Virus record (IMG/VR): IMGVR_UViG_3300028534_000019 | Span: 31,091 to 95,090 of that record | Source of the DNA: a virus | Lineage: Duplodnaviria > Heunggongvirae > Uroviricota > Caudoviricetes | Direction: 5' to 3' (one strand) | DNA length: 64,000 bases | Shown here: positions 9,336-18,639 of the stretch, piece after piece | How positions within the stretch are numbered: the stretch's first letter is position 1 | How the letters are laid out: each line of letters starts with the position of its first letter | The notes under the pieces: model-generated | The model's input: only the letters and a program-made list of their open reading frames with translations | Database searches by the model: none | Told to the model about the DNA's origin: nothing | Translations under genes and position numbers: made by a program

Positions 9336-9914
9336 ATGACACTTGAAACATTTGCTGTTGAGTATAATAACTTAAAAATAGAAAAAGTATATATAAATTC
9401 ACACACATTAGAATCAGTAAAAAAAAGATTTAATATAGATTTAAAAATATCAGACCTAAAATCTGATATTTCTTTATCTATTGCTTTTCAAAAATATAAA
9501 AAGAATTTTACAGTAAATGATTTTAAGTTTGTTATCTTTATAAATGATATTGTACTTGTATTAAATATATATGAAAAAAATAATAAGTTTTATGGTAAAG
9601 TACTAACAGCATTATCACAAAAACAATTTGAATTAAGCAAAAATTTTTATCTTGGTAGTATTTTTGGTAATTTTGAGTGTACTATAAAAGAATATGCTTA
9701 TGAAGAAGTTTATTTTAATAATAGTTTTGAAAATATAAAAAAATCACTAAATGATTACAAACAATTACCAATATCACTAGATATTGCAACAAGTGATAGT
9801 GATATTAAAAGATTGAGAAAAGCAAACAGAACTGTTGATGTACCTTATATAAAAGGTTATTTTATAAAAGTTGTTGATGGTATTGATTATCTTATTATAG
9901 GTAGTAAAAAATAA
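9336..9914 (+). CDS. hypothetical protein
   Basis: 192-aa ORF. TATAAATA box at 9312-9319 and aaaggag RBS upstream. Confidence 0.5.
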   Translation: MTLETFAVEYNNLKIEKVYINSHTLESVKKRFNIDLKISDLKSDISLSIAFQKYKKNFTVNDFKFVIFINDIVLVLNIYEKNNKFYGKVLTALSQKQFELSKNFYLGSIFGNFECTIKEYAYEEVYFNNSFENIKKSLNDYKQLPISLDIATSDSDIKRLRKANRTVDVPYIKGYFIKVVDGIDYLIIGSKK

Positions 9915-9931
9915 GTATATGGAGGGTTAAT

Positions 9932-10387
9932 ATGAATAAACAAAAGTTTTATTTTAATAGTGAACATTTTGAATATGCTATTAATGACATTAAAAATAGA
10001 GTCCTATTGAATGTTAAAAAAGATGGTTTACAGATTGTTTCAGTGTTTAAGGATGGTTTACCTTTGGGTGTAAGGTTATCAAATGAATTTAATACAGGGT
10101 TGAGTATTATAAATTATGAAAAGTTTAGCTCAAATTCTGATAGTGTAACATTGCTTAAAGATGATGGTTTAAGAGGTGCTACAAATATATTAATTGTAAG
10201 TGACTTAGTACAAGATAAAAAGGGTTTTGAAAAAATTGTAAAATATATTAAAGAAAAATATGATAAAGAACCTATTATATACACTTTATTTGGTGACCCT
10301 TTGGAAAATAATACTAGATGGAATTTTACATTTAAAGAAAATGGACAGAAAATTCAATTCATTCCTTGGGTTGGAATGGATGTATAA
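9932..10387 (+). CDS. hypothetical protein (weak PRTase-like ILIVSDLVQD segment)
   Basis: 151-aa ORF with gagg RBS. The motif is only suggestive. Confidence 0.45.
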   Translation: MNKQKFYFNSEHFEYAINDIKNRVLLNVKKDGLQIVSVFKDGLPLGVRLSNEFNTGLSIINYEKFSSNSDSVTLLKDDGLRGATNILIVSDLVQDKKGFEKIVKYIKEKYDKEPIIYTLFGDPLENNTRWNFTFKENGQKIQFIPWVGMDV

Positions 10388-10411
10388 ATAATTCTAAAAT
10401 AGGAGAAAGAA

Positions 10412-10999
10412 ATGAAAAAATTTAGTGAATATATGAGTGAAAAAGCACTTGTAGAAGAAATGGAAGATAAGATAGGTTTAATGTTATATATGGCAGAAAA
10501 AAGTGATATTATAGCTGAATCTTATGATTTTGAAAATTTAACAGAAAGCCAAAGAATTGTACTTGAAGAAGGTGTAAATGATTGGTTAAACAAAGTTGGT
10601 CTTAAATTACATAAAACAAAAGGTATTATTGATTATTTAGCTGATTTTACTAAAGGTACAGGTAAAGTTCTTATGTCAGCAATTAAAGGTGATAAAGAGG
10701 CTGTTAAAGAACAACTTAAAAATGTTAAAAAAGAAGAAGTTTTAGATTTCTTACTTAAATTAGATATGGCTACATTACATATTGTTACCGGCCCGATACA
10801 CTTAATTGATGCTGTTACAGGTTGGGATTTAATGGCTAATGTTAAAGCAGTAGCTAAAACAGCAACTGATAAACTTAAAGAATTTTATCAAGCAATGAAA
10901 AAAGTAAAAGAAACAATTACAACTGTTTTACAAGGTACTAAACAAAAGAAAATGTTACAATTAGCAACAAACTTAGAAACAACAATTCCTGCACCTTAG
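10412..10999 (+). CDS. hypothetical protein
   Basis: 195-aa ORF with aggagaaag RBS. Confidence 0.5.
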   Translation: MKKFSEYMSEKALVEEMEDKIGLMLYMAEKSDIIAESYDFENLTESQRIVLEEGVNDWLNKVGLKLHKTKGIIDYLADFTKGTGKVLMSAIKGDKEAVKEQLKNVKKEEVLDFLLKLDMATLHIVTGPIHLIDAVTGWDLMANVKAVAKTATDKLKEFYQAMKKVKETITTVLQGTKQKKMLQLATNLETTIPAP

Positions 11000-11019
11000 A
11001 ACAAAAAAAAGGATTTTAA

Positions 11020-11538
11020 ATGCCAAAATTTGGTAAAAGAAGTAAAAGAAACTTAGAAACTTGTCATAGAGATTTAAGAATTATATGTAATGAAGCAATT
11101 AAATATTTTGATTTTTCTGTTATATATGGTATAAGAAGTGAAGAAGAACAATTTAAACTTTTTAATGAAGGCAAATCTCAACTTGATGGTATCCATAAAA
11201 AATCAAAACACCAAGGCAGAAAGTGTGAAAAACTTGATGCTGGTGTAGATGAAGAACACAAAATTTTAACAGATGAAGATGGTGATGCTATTGCTTCTTT
11301 TGCTGTTGATTTAATGCCTTACTATAAAGGTTTCAATCCTTTTACAAATGAGTCAGGAACTAAACTTTTTTATTACCAAGCAGGATTAATAATGGGGATA
11401 GCCGCTAGACTTTATGAAGAGGGAAAAATAAAACATACTTTAAGATGGGGTGGAAATTGGGATAATGATATGGACTTTTTCGGAGATTCTCATTTCTTTG
11501 ATTTACCACACTTTGAATTAGTAATACCTAAAAAATAG
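11020..11538 (+). CDS. T5-type L-alanyl-D-glutamate peptidase (peptidase M15) endolysin
   Basis: FGKRSKRNL..., GIRSEEEQ and SKH match the T5 endolysin N-terminus. C-terminal LRWGGNWDNDMDFFGDSHFFDLPHFEL matches the M15 W-GG-W...HFE motif. Confidence 0.75.
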   Translation: MPKFGKRSKRNLETCHRDLRIICNEAIKYFDFSVIYGIRSEEEQFKLFNEGKSQLDGIHKKSKHQGRKCEKLDAGVDEEHKILTDEDGDAIASFAVDLMPYYKGFNPFTNESGTKLFYYQAGLIMGIAARLYEEGKIKHTLRWGGNWDNDMDFFGDSHFFDLPHFELVIPKK

Positions 11539-11547
11539 GGTATTACT

Positions 11548-11664
11548 ATGAAGATATTTAAAAAAATTATTTTATCTATGATTATAAGTTTAAGCCTTTT
11601 TGTTTTTGACCCTTATAAACTTAACAGGTTAAGAGATTATCATAAAATTGAAAACACAAAATAA
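11548..11664 (+). CDS. possible small membrane protein downstream of the endolysin (holin/spanin-like?)
   Basis: 38-codon ORF MKIFKKIILSMIISLSLFVFDPYKL... with a hydrophobic N-terminus. It falls below the track's length cutoff and has a weak RBS. Confidence 0.25.
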   Translation: MKIFKKIILSMIISLSLFVFDPYKLNRLRDYHKIENTK

Positions 11665-11741
11665 CCTTAAAGACTTATAAAACTTACAATAACCTTACAA
11701 CACTACATAAAGTATTATAAATAATTATAAAAGGATTTATA

Positions 11742-12089
11742 ATGCTTTATACTTACAGAATTAAAAAAATACACAAAATATATGATGGTGATACAATTAC
11801 AGCAGAACTTGATTTAGGATTTAAGATTTCATTTATTGAAAAGATTAGATTGTCTTTTATTGATGCTCCTGAAATAAGAGGGGAAGAAAGAGAAGAAGGA
11901 TTAAAATCAAGATTATGGTTAGTAGAACATTTAAACTCAGCTATATCTAAAGGTGATGATGTTTTTGTTAGAACAAATAAAGATAGCCAAGGTAAATATG
12001 GAAGATATTTAGGGGATATTATAATTAATGGGGAGTCACTTAATCTAAAGATGGTTGAAGAGGGTTATGCTGAACTTTATAAAAAGTAA
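11742..12089 (+). CDS. staphylococcal-nuclease (SNase/thermonuclease)-like nuclease
   Basis: IYDGDT, RLSFIDAPEIRG and KYGRYLGDI...N..MVEEGYA match SNase Ca-binding and catalytic positions. Confidence 0.65.
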   Translation: MLYTYRIKKIHKIYDGDTITAELDLGFKISFIEKIRLSFIDAPEIRGEEREEGLKSRLWLVEHLNSAISKGDDVFVRTNKDSQGKYGRYLGDIIINGESLNLKMVEEGYAELYKK

Positions 12090-12099
12090 AGGTTTTATT

Positions 12100-13872
12100 A
12101 TGGAAGGAATATTTAATAAATTAAAAGAACATAATAAAGATGTTGTACTTAGTGATGAAGAGAAAAATAAAGTTTTAAGTGTTATAGATATAGAGAAAAA
12201 TAAAGAGGGTTTATATGTAGATGCCTTTGGTATGCCTATATCGCATAATGGGTTAAGAGATTTAAAAAAAGAGAAAACACAAATAAATCTTTCAGAAACA
12301 TTAATAAATGAAATTAAAACATCATATTTAGATTATTATTATTTTAGAGAAAATTATTGTAAAATTGTTACTAAAAAAGGTATTAAAAGACCTGAGCCAA
12401 GACCATACCAAAAAAGGTTAGAAGATGATTTAGTAACAGGTGAAGATGTTTTAGCATTTTGGCCGAGACAATCAGGAAAATCTGTAACTATTTCAACTTA
12501 TCTATTATGGAAAGCAATTACAACACCTAATATTAATATTGGTATAGCGGCAAATGTTCAAAAATTAGCTATGGAAGTATTAGACAAAATAAAAAATATA
12601 TTTTTGGAGTTACCTATTTGGATGAAGCCGGGTATAAAGGTTTGGAATAAAGGTTCTATTGAATTTGAAAATGGTACAAGAATTTTAACCTCAGCAACTA
12701 ATGGTGATGCTTTTAGGGGGTTTACTATTAATATATTATATGTTGATGAGGTTGCTTTTATTAGACATAGTGTGTGGGAAGAATTTGCTGATTCTGTTTT
12801 CCCTGCTCAAGAAGCACTTATGGAAAAACAAACTATTATGTCAAGTACGGCTGGTGGGCTTAATCATTGGTATCATTTAGTAGAGGGTGCTAGAAAGGGT
12901 AAAAATGGTTATAGAATAGCTGAAGCAAGTTGGAAAGAAGTTCCTAGATGGAAAAAAGATGGTACTCTTAAAACACCTGATGAATTTAAGGCTGAAATAA
13001 TAGCTAAAAATGGAGAGATGTTTTTCCAACAAAATTTTGGTAACTCTTTTTTAGGTAGTTCTAAAACTTTAATAGATTCACAAGCATTAAAAAATATTGA
13101 ACCTATGGATGATGATGAAATTTTGTTTGATAATGTTTTTAATGGACTAAGAATTTTTAAAGAGCCAAAACCTAATCATAATTATATAGTTACTTGTGAC
13201 CCCAAAAAAGAGGGTTTGGATAGTGCTGGATTACAAGTTGTTGATGTTACAAATTTACCTTTTGAACAAGTAGCATCAGCACAATTACACGAGAGTTATT
13301 TAACAATTCCTGGTAAATTAAATGATTTAGGGTTGTATTATAATAAGGCTATGATAGTATGTGAAAATAATGTAGCTGAGTCTATACCTAGTACTGTATA
13401 TTATAATTATGAATATGAGGGTGAAGTCTTTATAGAAAAAGATAGTAAGGGTCGCCCTAAAAAGGAAATGGGCATTAGGACAACTACCAAAACAAAAAGA
13501 TTAGGTTTAACTCTATTAAAGAAATTTGTAGAGAATGGAAACCTAATAATAAATGATACAAAAACATTAGATGAATTATTTAACTTCATTGAATATAAAG
13601 ATGGTATATATAAAGCAGAAGAGGGTTATCACGATGACCTTGTTATGTCATTAATGCTTGTTTTTGCTCCATTTTTAGATTTTAAAAACTTTGATGATTT
13701 TAGAGGTTTTGTTGATTATCTTGATAAAAAAGAAAAACAACAAGAAGAGAATGATAAAGAGATGGAAGAATTTATGGATTTAGGTTTTAGTTCTGATGAT
13801 GATTTGGAAGATGACGGGCCGTTTACTAAGGATATTTGGGGAAATAGAGATATGGTTGGTGGCTTCATATAA
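12100..13872 (+). CDS. 17: terminase large subunit (T4 gp17-like)
   Basis: Walker A AFWPRQSGKSVTIST and Walker-B-like ILYVDEVAF, with a C-terminal nuclease region. Start moved to the ATG at 12100, which has an aaagg RBS. Confidence 0.85.
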   Translation: MEGIFNKLKEHNKDVVLSDEEKNKVLSVIDIEKNKEGLYVDAFGMPISHNGLRDLKKEKTQINLSETLINEIKTSYLDYYYFRENYCKIVTKKGIKRPEPRPYQKRLEDDLVTGEDVLAFWPRQSGKSVTISTYLLWKAITTPNINIGIAANVQKLAMEVLDKIKNIFLELPIWMKPGIKVWNKGSIEFENGTRILTSATNGDAFRGFTINILYVDEVAFIRHSVWEEFADSVFPAQEALMEKQTIMSSTAGGLNHWYHLVEGARKGKNGYRIAEASWKEVPRWKKDGTLKTPDEFKAEIIAKNGEMFFQQNFGNSFLGSSKTLIDSQALKNIEPMDDDEILFDNVFNGLRIFKEPKPNHNYIVTCDPKKEGLDSAGLQVVDVTNLPFEQVASAQLHESYLTIPGKLNDLGLYYNKAMIVCENNVAESIPSTVYYNYEYEGEVFIEKDSKGRPKKEMGIRTTTKTKRLGLTLLKKFVENGNLIINDTKTLDELFNFIEYKDGIYKAEEGYHDDLVMSLMLVFAPFLDFKNFDDFRGFVDYLDKKEKQQEENDKEMEEFMDLGFSSDDDLEDDGPFTKDIWGNRDMVGGFI

Positions 13873-13925
13873 AAATTAAGTATTTTTACTGTATAATAAA
13901 ATCTATTAAAAATAAAAGGTTATAT

Positions 13926-14552
13926 ATGAGAAAGAAATTTAATGAAGATAAGAACAAAACTTATGAGAGTAAAGAACACTCTTTACATAAAAAGAAGATT
14001 GTAAAAAATCAAGACTATACAAAATTTAGGTTTTTTATAGGAACTTTTGATAATCAAACACCTAAGTTTCATTTAATATTAAATGATTTATATGATTCTA
14101 ATGAAAAAGATGAATTAGAATTAAGAATTATGTCACCAGTTGGATTGGTTATTGAATGTCAGCAAGTTGTGAATATAATGAATAACAAATTTAATGGTAG
14201 AACAACAGCATATATTGAAAGCCACGCTAGTTCAGCAGGTGCTATTGTTTTTGCTAATGCTGATAAAAGAGTTATATATGAAAATTCAAGAATAATGTTT
14301 CACAACTATTCAGGTGGTTATGGTGGTAAATTTCAAGATATTAAAGATAGATTAGATTTTGATGAAAAACATATTATTTCTTTTTTGAGTGTTGCTAAAC
14401 AATTCTTAAATAAAAAAGAATGGAAACAAATGGTAAATGGAAAAAACTTTTGGTTTGATGCTTCTGATATGTTAAAAAGAAATATAGCAACTCATATCAT
14501 AGTAGATGGTAAAGAGATGACTAAGAAAGAATATAAAAAATATAAAAAATAA
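13926..14552 (+). CDS. ClpP-like (S14) serine protease
   Basis: RIMSPVGLV...TTAYIESHASSAGAIVFANADKRV...SRIMFHN...DIKDRLDFD aligns with the ClpP Ser/His/Asp region. Confidence 0.7.
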   Translation: MRKKFNEDKNKTYESKEHSLHKKKIVKNQDYTKFRFFIGTFDNQTPKFHLILNDLYDSNEKDELELRIMSPVGLVIECQQVVNIMNNKFNGRTTAYIESHASSAGAIVFANADKRVIYENSRIMFHNYSGGYGGKFQDIKDRLDFDEKHIISFLSVAKQFLNKKEWKQMVNGKNFWFDASDMLKRNIATHIIVDGKEMTKKEYKKYKK

Positions 14553-14606
14553 TAATCTCTATAATAGAAAATCATATAAATATTATTAAAATTAAAGAGG
14601 TATAAA

Positions 14607-15344
14607 ATGAACCTTAATTTATATGACTCATCACACGATAGAGAATATGAACTTTTTAGAGATACAACAGAAGAATTAATTAATATGTATGGTGTACCTG
14701 TAAAATATCTTATAACAGAAAAAATTAATCAAAATGAAATATTTGGTGAATGGAGTCATTTAAAGATAGACAATCAAAAGGTACACCAATTTTTTGGTTT
14801 ACCATCAGCTAGTGATAATTGGGAAGGTGATAACTCTTTATTTTCAAATTTTGGGCTTCAAAATGTAGAAAGTATTAATATATTCATTCCTAGAAAAGTT
14901 ATGGAAGTGATACACCCTGAAATTGTTAATAGAGATGGTAAAGCAACAATAGAAAATTTACCTATTGGGAATTTGGTAGTTTTTGAAAGTAATAAAATAA
15001 TGGAAGTTACTGGTTTTGAATTAAGTTCAGCAGATTTTGGTAATAATAATGTATTTACTTCTGATAGACTGAAAAATGTTTTTAAACTTAAATTAAAATC
15101 TTATATACCAAATAGAGATGATTATTCTTCAGCAGATGATATAACAGATAGTAACAATTTTGATTATGGTGATTTTGGTAACTTAGATTCAATATTCAGA
15201 GATGAAGAAGAAGAAGTAAAAAATGTTACACACAAAGCCGAAGATGTAGTATTAAAAAATGAAACTATTTATCCTGCTGAGGTTAGAGAAAAACCAATAA
15301 GAGAAAAAACAAAAGAAGATAATCCTTTTGGGTATCTTGGTTAA
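14607..15344 (+). CDS. hypothetical protein
   Basis: 245-aa ORF. TATAAATA at 14575-14582 and agagg RBS upstream. Confidence 0.5.
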   Translation: MNLNLYDSSHDREYELFRDTTEELINMYGVPVKYLITEKINQNEIFGEWSHLKIDNQKVHQFFGLPSASDNWEGDNSLFSNFGLQNVESINIFIPRKVMEVIHPEIVNRDGKATIENLPIGNLVVFESNKIMEVTGFELSSADFGNNNVFTSDRLKNVFKLKLKSYIPNRDDYSSADDITDSNNFDYGDFGNLDSIFRDEEEEVKNVTHKAEDVVLKNETIYPAEVREKPIREKTKEDNPFGYLG

Positions 15345-15358
15345 TATAAAGGAAAAAT

Positions 15359-15754
15359 ATGAAAAATAACCTAAATGGTGTTGATAATACTAAAACAGTA
15401 GGTTCTTTTAATGAATTAGATAAGTTATTAAAAGATAAGAAAATGAAACCTGTTTTTGAAAGAGATGGTTTAACATTTTTTAAAAAATCAAGGTTTTATA
15501 TGAACAAAGGTGTATTAAGAGAACATATTGCTACATATAAGGGATATGCTATTCTACTAGACCACAACAATCTTAAAGAAACTTTAGATGAAAATAAAAC
15601 AAAAATGATGCCTATACTAATTAGTGCTAATGATATTAAATTACTTAAAAAAATAAATGGTAATATAATAAGAAAATTAAACCCACAAACTCTTACAAAA
15701 CTTGAAAAAGCAGTAATGCTTGATGAAGTAATGAAAAACATAGATTCAATGTAA
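15359..15754 (+). CDS. hypothetical protein
   Basis: 131-aa ORF with aaagga RBS. Confidence 0.5.
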   Translation: MKNNLNGVDNTKTVGSFNELDKLLKDKKMKPVFERDGLTFFKKSRFYMNKGVLREHIATYKGYAILLDHNNLKETLDENKTKMMPILISANDIKLLKKINGNIIRKLNPQTLTKLEKAVMLDEVMKNIDSM

Positions 15755-15830
15755 TCTATGTTCCCACAATAAAATTTTTAAAAAATCAATAATAAACATA
15801 CTATTTTTATTTTACTTTAAGCATATAGTA

Positions 15831-15867
15831 GCTATAATACTACATATAAAACATAAAAGGATTAGAA
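15831..15867 (+). promoter_or_regulatory. conserved promoter module gcTATAATactACATATAAAAcataAAAGGAtta (identical copy at 32565-32602)
   Basis: A 35-nt exact repeat carrying a -10 TATAAT at 15833-15838, read in sequence. It is the archetype of a module found upstream of about 17 genes. Confidence 0.5.
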
Positions 15868-16212
15868 ATGGCAACAAGAAGTACAATTTGGATAGAAAAT
15901 GAAGATAAAAGTTTTGAAGGTATTTATGCTCATTGGGATGGATATTTATCACATAATGGTAGAATACTTTTAAATAACTATAATTCAGAAGAAAAAGCAA
16001 GAGAACTTATTGCTAAGGGTAATATTTCAGTTTTAGATGAAACTATTGACACTTGTAGATTTTATGATGAAGAGGGTTATAAATCAAGTTCTGATGATTT
16101 AACTGATTATCACGAAGAGTATCTATATCTTTTCAAAGATGGTAAATGGTTTGTATCAGAAGATGCTAAAAATTTTGTTGAATTAACAGAAAAACTTATA
16201 GGAGAAGAGTAA
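15868..16212 (+). CDS. hypothetical protein
   Basis: 114-aa ORF behind the conserved promoter module. Confidence 0.5.
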   Translation: MATRSTIWIENEDKSFEGIYAHWDGYLSHNGRILLNNYNSEEKARELIAKGNISVLDETIDTCRFYDEEGYKSSSDDLTDYHEEYLYLFKDGKWFVSEDAKNFVELTEKLIGEE

Positions 16213-16592
16213 TGTTTTCAGATAAGTATGTAAAAATTTTAAAAGAGGATTGGGAAGTAATCAAAAAAGATTATAACTCAATGCTGAAAGAAAATGAAAA
16301 GTTAAAAAAAGAAAATGCTGAGTTACAGAAATATAAAGCACAAGATGATTTACTTTATAGTTATGAAAACACATTAGTTGATAAAGATATTCAGATAAAC
16401 TCTTTAAAGGAAGAAATTCATAATTTAAAATATAATTTACTTATATTAGAAGATAAACTAGATAGAAGTGCTATTATGGAAAAATTATATCTTGAAACTT
16501 TACATAAGGAAAGATTGAAAAGAAGTTGTTTTAAAGAATGTGATGAATATGAAACTGTAAATACAGAGAGTATTTTAGATAAAACTGTTTAA
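16212..16592 (+). CDS. coiled-coil protein
   Basis: 126 aa, with heptad-rich sequence. Confidence 0.45.
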   Translation: MFSDKYVKILKEDWEVIKKDYNSMLKENEKLKKENAELQKYKAQDDLLYSYENTLVDKDIQINSLKEEIHNLKYNLLILEDKLDRSAIMEKLYLETLHKERLKRSCFKECDEYETVNTESILDKTV

Positions 16593-16601
16593 AGGATTAA
16601 A

Positions 16602-17051
16602 ATGATATATTCAAATAATAAAAAAGTAAAACACGACTATGAAATAATTGAAACATTTGAGGCAGGTGTTGTTTTGAGCGGTCCGCAAGTAAAATCAATT
16701 AGAAAAGGTTCTTTAAGCCTTAAAGGTTCTTATGTTAGTCTTGATGATGGTGTTTTATCATTAAAACAATACTCACTTGCTAGACCTGATTATTTGGATG
16801 CTTTTAGTTCTTTTGATGATAAACCAATAAAATTTTTACTCAAAAAAAGAGAGATTAAAAAATTACAAAAAAAGATTCAAGAAAAAGGTTTAACATTATC
16901 TATAACAAAAGTTTATCAACCTGAAAATACTAGATTTATTAAGGCTGAGTTAGTTCTTGTGAGAGGTAAAAAACTATATGATAAAAGAGAAGATTTAAAA
17001 AAGAAAACACAAGAAATGGATATGAAAAAGGCTATAAAATATGATAGATAA
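16602..17051 (+). CDS. smpB: SmpB (SsrA-binding protein)
   Basis: KHDYEIIETFEAGVVLSGPQVKSIRKGSLSLKGSYVSLDDG...KKREIKKL...GLTLSITKVY aligns along the length of E. coli SmpB. Confidence 0.85.
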   Translation: MIYSNNKKVKHDYEIIETFEAGVVLSGPQVKSIRKGSLSLKGSYVSLDDGVLSLKQYSLARPDYLDAFSSFDDKPIKFLLKKREIKKLQKKIQEKGLTLSITKVYQPENTRFIKAELVLVRGKKLYDKREDLKKKTQEMDMKKAIKYDR

Positions 17052-17250
17052 TCTAAAAAGTGCTGATGAAATATATTTAGTAGTACAGTTTGGAGCAAAA
17101 GATTTTAACAATAGAACACAAGAATTGATTGATGAAAATTATATTCCATTTAGTGATGTTGCTGTTCAAAGTTTTCACGATGAATTTTGCTTTTCACAAC
17201 AGTTTATAAAAAATCCAAAATACATAGAAGAAACAAAAAGGAAAATATAA
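17041..17250 (+). CDS. hypothetical small protein
   Basis: 69 aa. Its stop overlaps the next gene's ATG (TAATG). Confidence 0.4.
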   Translation: MIDNLKSADEIYLVVQFGAKDFNNRTQELIDENYIPFSDVAVQSFHDEFCFSQQFIKNPKYIEETKRKI

Positions 17251-18041
17251 TGTTAATAGTACCTGTTGGTTTGCCTGGTTCAGGAAAAACTGTTTTATCA
17301 AGAAAATTTAATACAGTTATAAATGCTGATGAATTGTTTAAGGATAATTATACATTAGATGATTTAATAAATTATATAAAAGAATATAATTATACAGTAA
17401 CAGATGTTTATTTGGATGGTTTATTTATTACAAGGAATTTAGTTAAGAAATTGATTGAAACTTTTGATTATTATATTAGATTAGTATATTTTAAACCTAA
17501 TATAGAAAATTGTATCTACAATGATTTATCAAGAAATAGAGAAAAAGATAGTGTTAATATAATTTATGGTTCTGATTTAAGTTTTATGAAAGAAAGTTAT
17601 TTTAGAAATAAAATAAGAGAAACAATGGAAGTATATAAGGCTGATTATGTAGAATATATAAAAGAAGAAAATAACTTTCAAAATTATATAGAAACACAAG
17701 AGTATGTCTTAGAAGGAAGTACATATGGTACTTGTTGGGATGAAGACGGCCCGTCTGAAACAACACCTGATGACCCATACCATTTTACTGATTTTACAGA
17801 ACTTGAAAAGATATTTAAAAAAATGAATATTCCTTATACAGAAGAAAATTATAATAAAATTGAAAGTGTTATAGAAGAAGAAGATAGAAGTGAGGGTGAT
17901 TATTATGGTGGTTATGCTTATAAAGAGGTTTATAGAGTTGAAGTTACATTATTAATAAAAGCAATACTAAAAGAGTTTTTTGGTATTGATAAAACAGATA
18001 TGGCATATATTAAAAAAGAATACCCTGAACTAATATTTTAA
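17250..18041 (+). CDS. P-loop kinase (polynucleotide-kinase-like N-terminus) with C-terminal EYPELIF tag
   Basis: Walker A VGLPGSGKT, then VINADE. Ends ...YIKKEYPELIF-stop. Start set at the ATG at 17250, which has an aaagga RBS. Confidence 0.6.
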   Translation: MLIVPVGLPGSGKTVLSRKFNTVINADELFKDNYTLDDLINYIKEYNYTVTDVYLDGLFITRNLVKKLIETFDYYIRLVYFKPNIENCIYNDLSRNREKDSVNIIYGSDLSFMKESYFRNKIRETMEVYKADYVEYIKEENNFQNYIETQEYVLEGSTYGTCWDEDGPSETTPDDPYHFTDFTELEKIFKKMNIPYTEENYNKIESVIEEEDRSEGDYYGGYAYKEVYRVEVTLLIKAILKEFFGIDKTDMAYIKKEYPELIF

Positions 18042-18056
18042 AAAAAAGGCTAAAAA

Positions 18057-18569
18057 ATGGTAGAAGAAAATAATTTTAGAGAAACAAAAACACATATTTA
18101 TTTTTGGGGTAGTATCTATTCTCAATGGTACACTTCAAAAAACCAATTCAAAGAAGATGGATTTATTTTTCAAAATGCTGAACAGTATATGATGATGAAA
18201 AAAGCAGAACTTTTTAAAGATTATGATGTATTAGAAAAAATGAAACAAACAAGTAATCCAAAGGTATTAAAAAAATTGGGTAGAGAAATTAAAGGTTTTG
18301 ATGAAGATATTTGGAATTTTAATAAAATGGATATTGTTGAAAGAGGGAATTTTTTAAAGTTCTCTCAAAATCCTAAGTTATTAGAAAAACTTATAGCACA
18401 CAAAAATAAACATATAGTAGAAGCATCACCTTATGATAAGATTTGGGGTATTGGGCTTCATTGGTCAGATGATAAGGTATTAAATGAAAGTACTTGGAAT
18501 GGTGAAAATCTTTTAGGTAAATGTATTATGTCAGCAAGAGATAAAATTTTAAATCCAAAATCTATATAA
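18057..18569 (+). CDS. NADAR (YbiA/DUF1768) domain protein
   Basis: FQNAEQYMMMKKAELF, KKLGREIKGFDEDIW, KFSQNPKL and VEASPYDKIWGIG match the NADAR signature. Confidence 0.75.
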   Translation: MVEENNFRETKTHIYFWGSIYSQWYTSKNQFKEDGFIFQNAEQYMMMKKAELFKDYDVLEKMKQTSNPKVLKKLGREIKGFDEDIWNFNKMDIVERGNFLKFSQNPKLLEKLIAHKNKHIVEASPYDKIWGIGLHWSDDKVLNESTWNGENLLGKCIMSARDKILNPKSI

Positions 18570-18639
18570 TAAGAAAAAATTAAATAAAAATATTATATAA
18601 TTAAGAATTAAAACATTTAAAACACAAAGGAGATAATTT

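Noticed and set aside
9932-10387. Phosphoribosyltransferase assignment for the 151-aa ORF
   Set aside because: Only a partial PRPP-loop-like stretch (ILIVSDLVQDKKGF) without the T-G-x-T. Left as hypothetical.
12055-12099. Upstream extension of the terminase ORF (MKRVMLNFIKSKGFI) overlapping the SNase-like gene
   Set aside because: The internal ATG at 12100 has a proper RBS (aaaaagtaaagg) and removes the 35-nt overlap. The extension is probably not translated.
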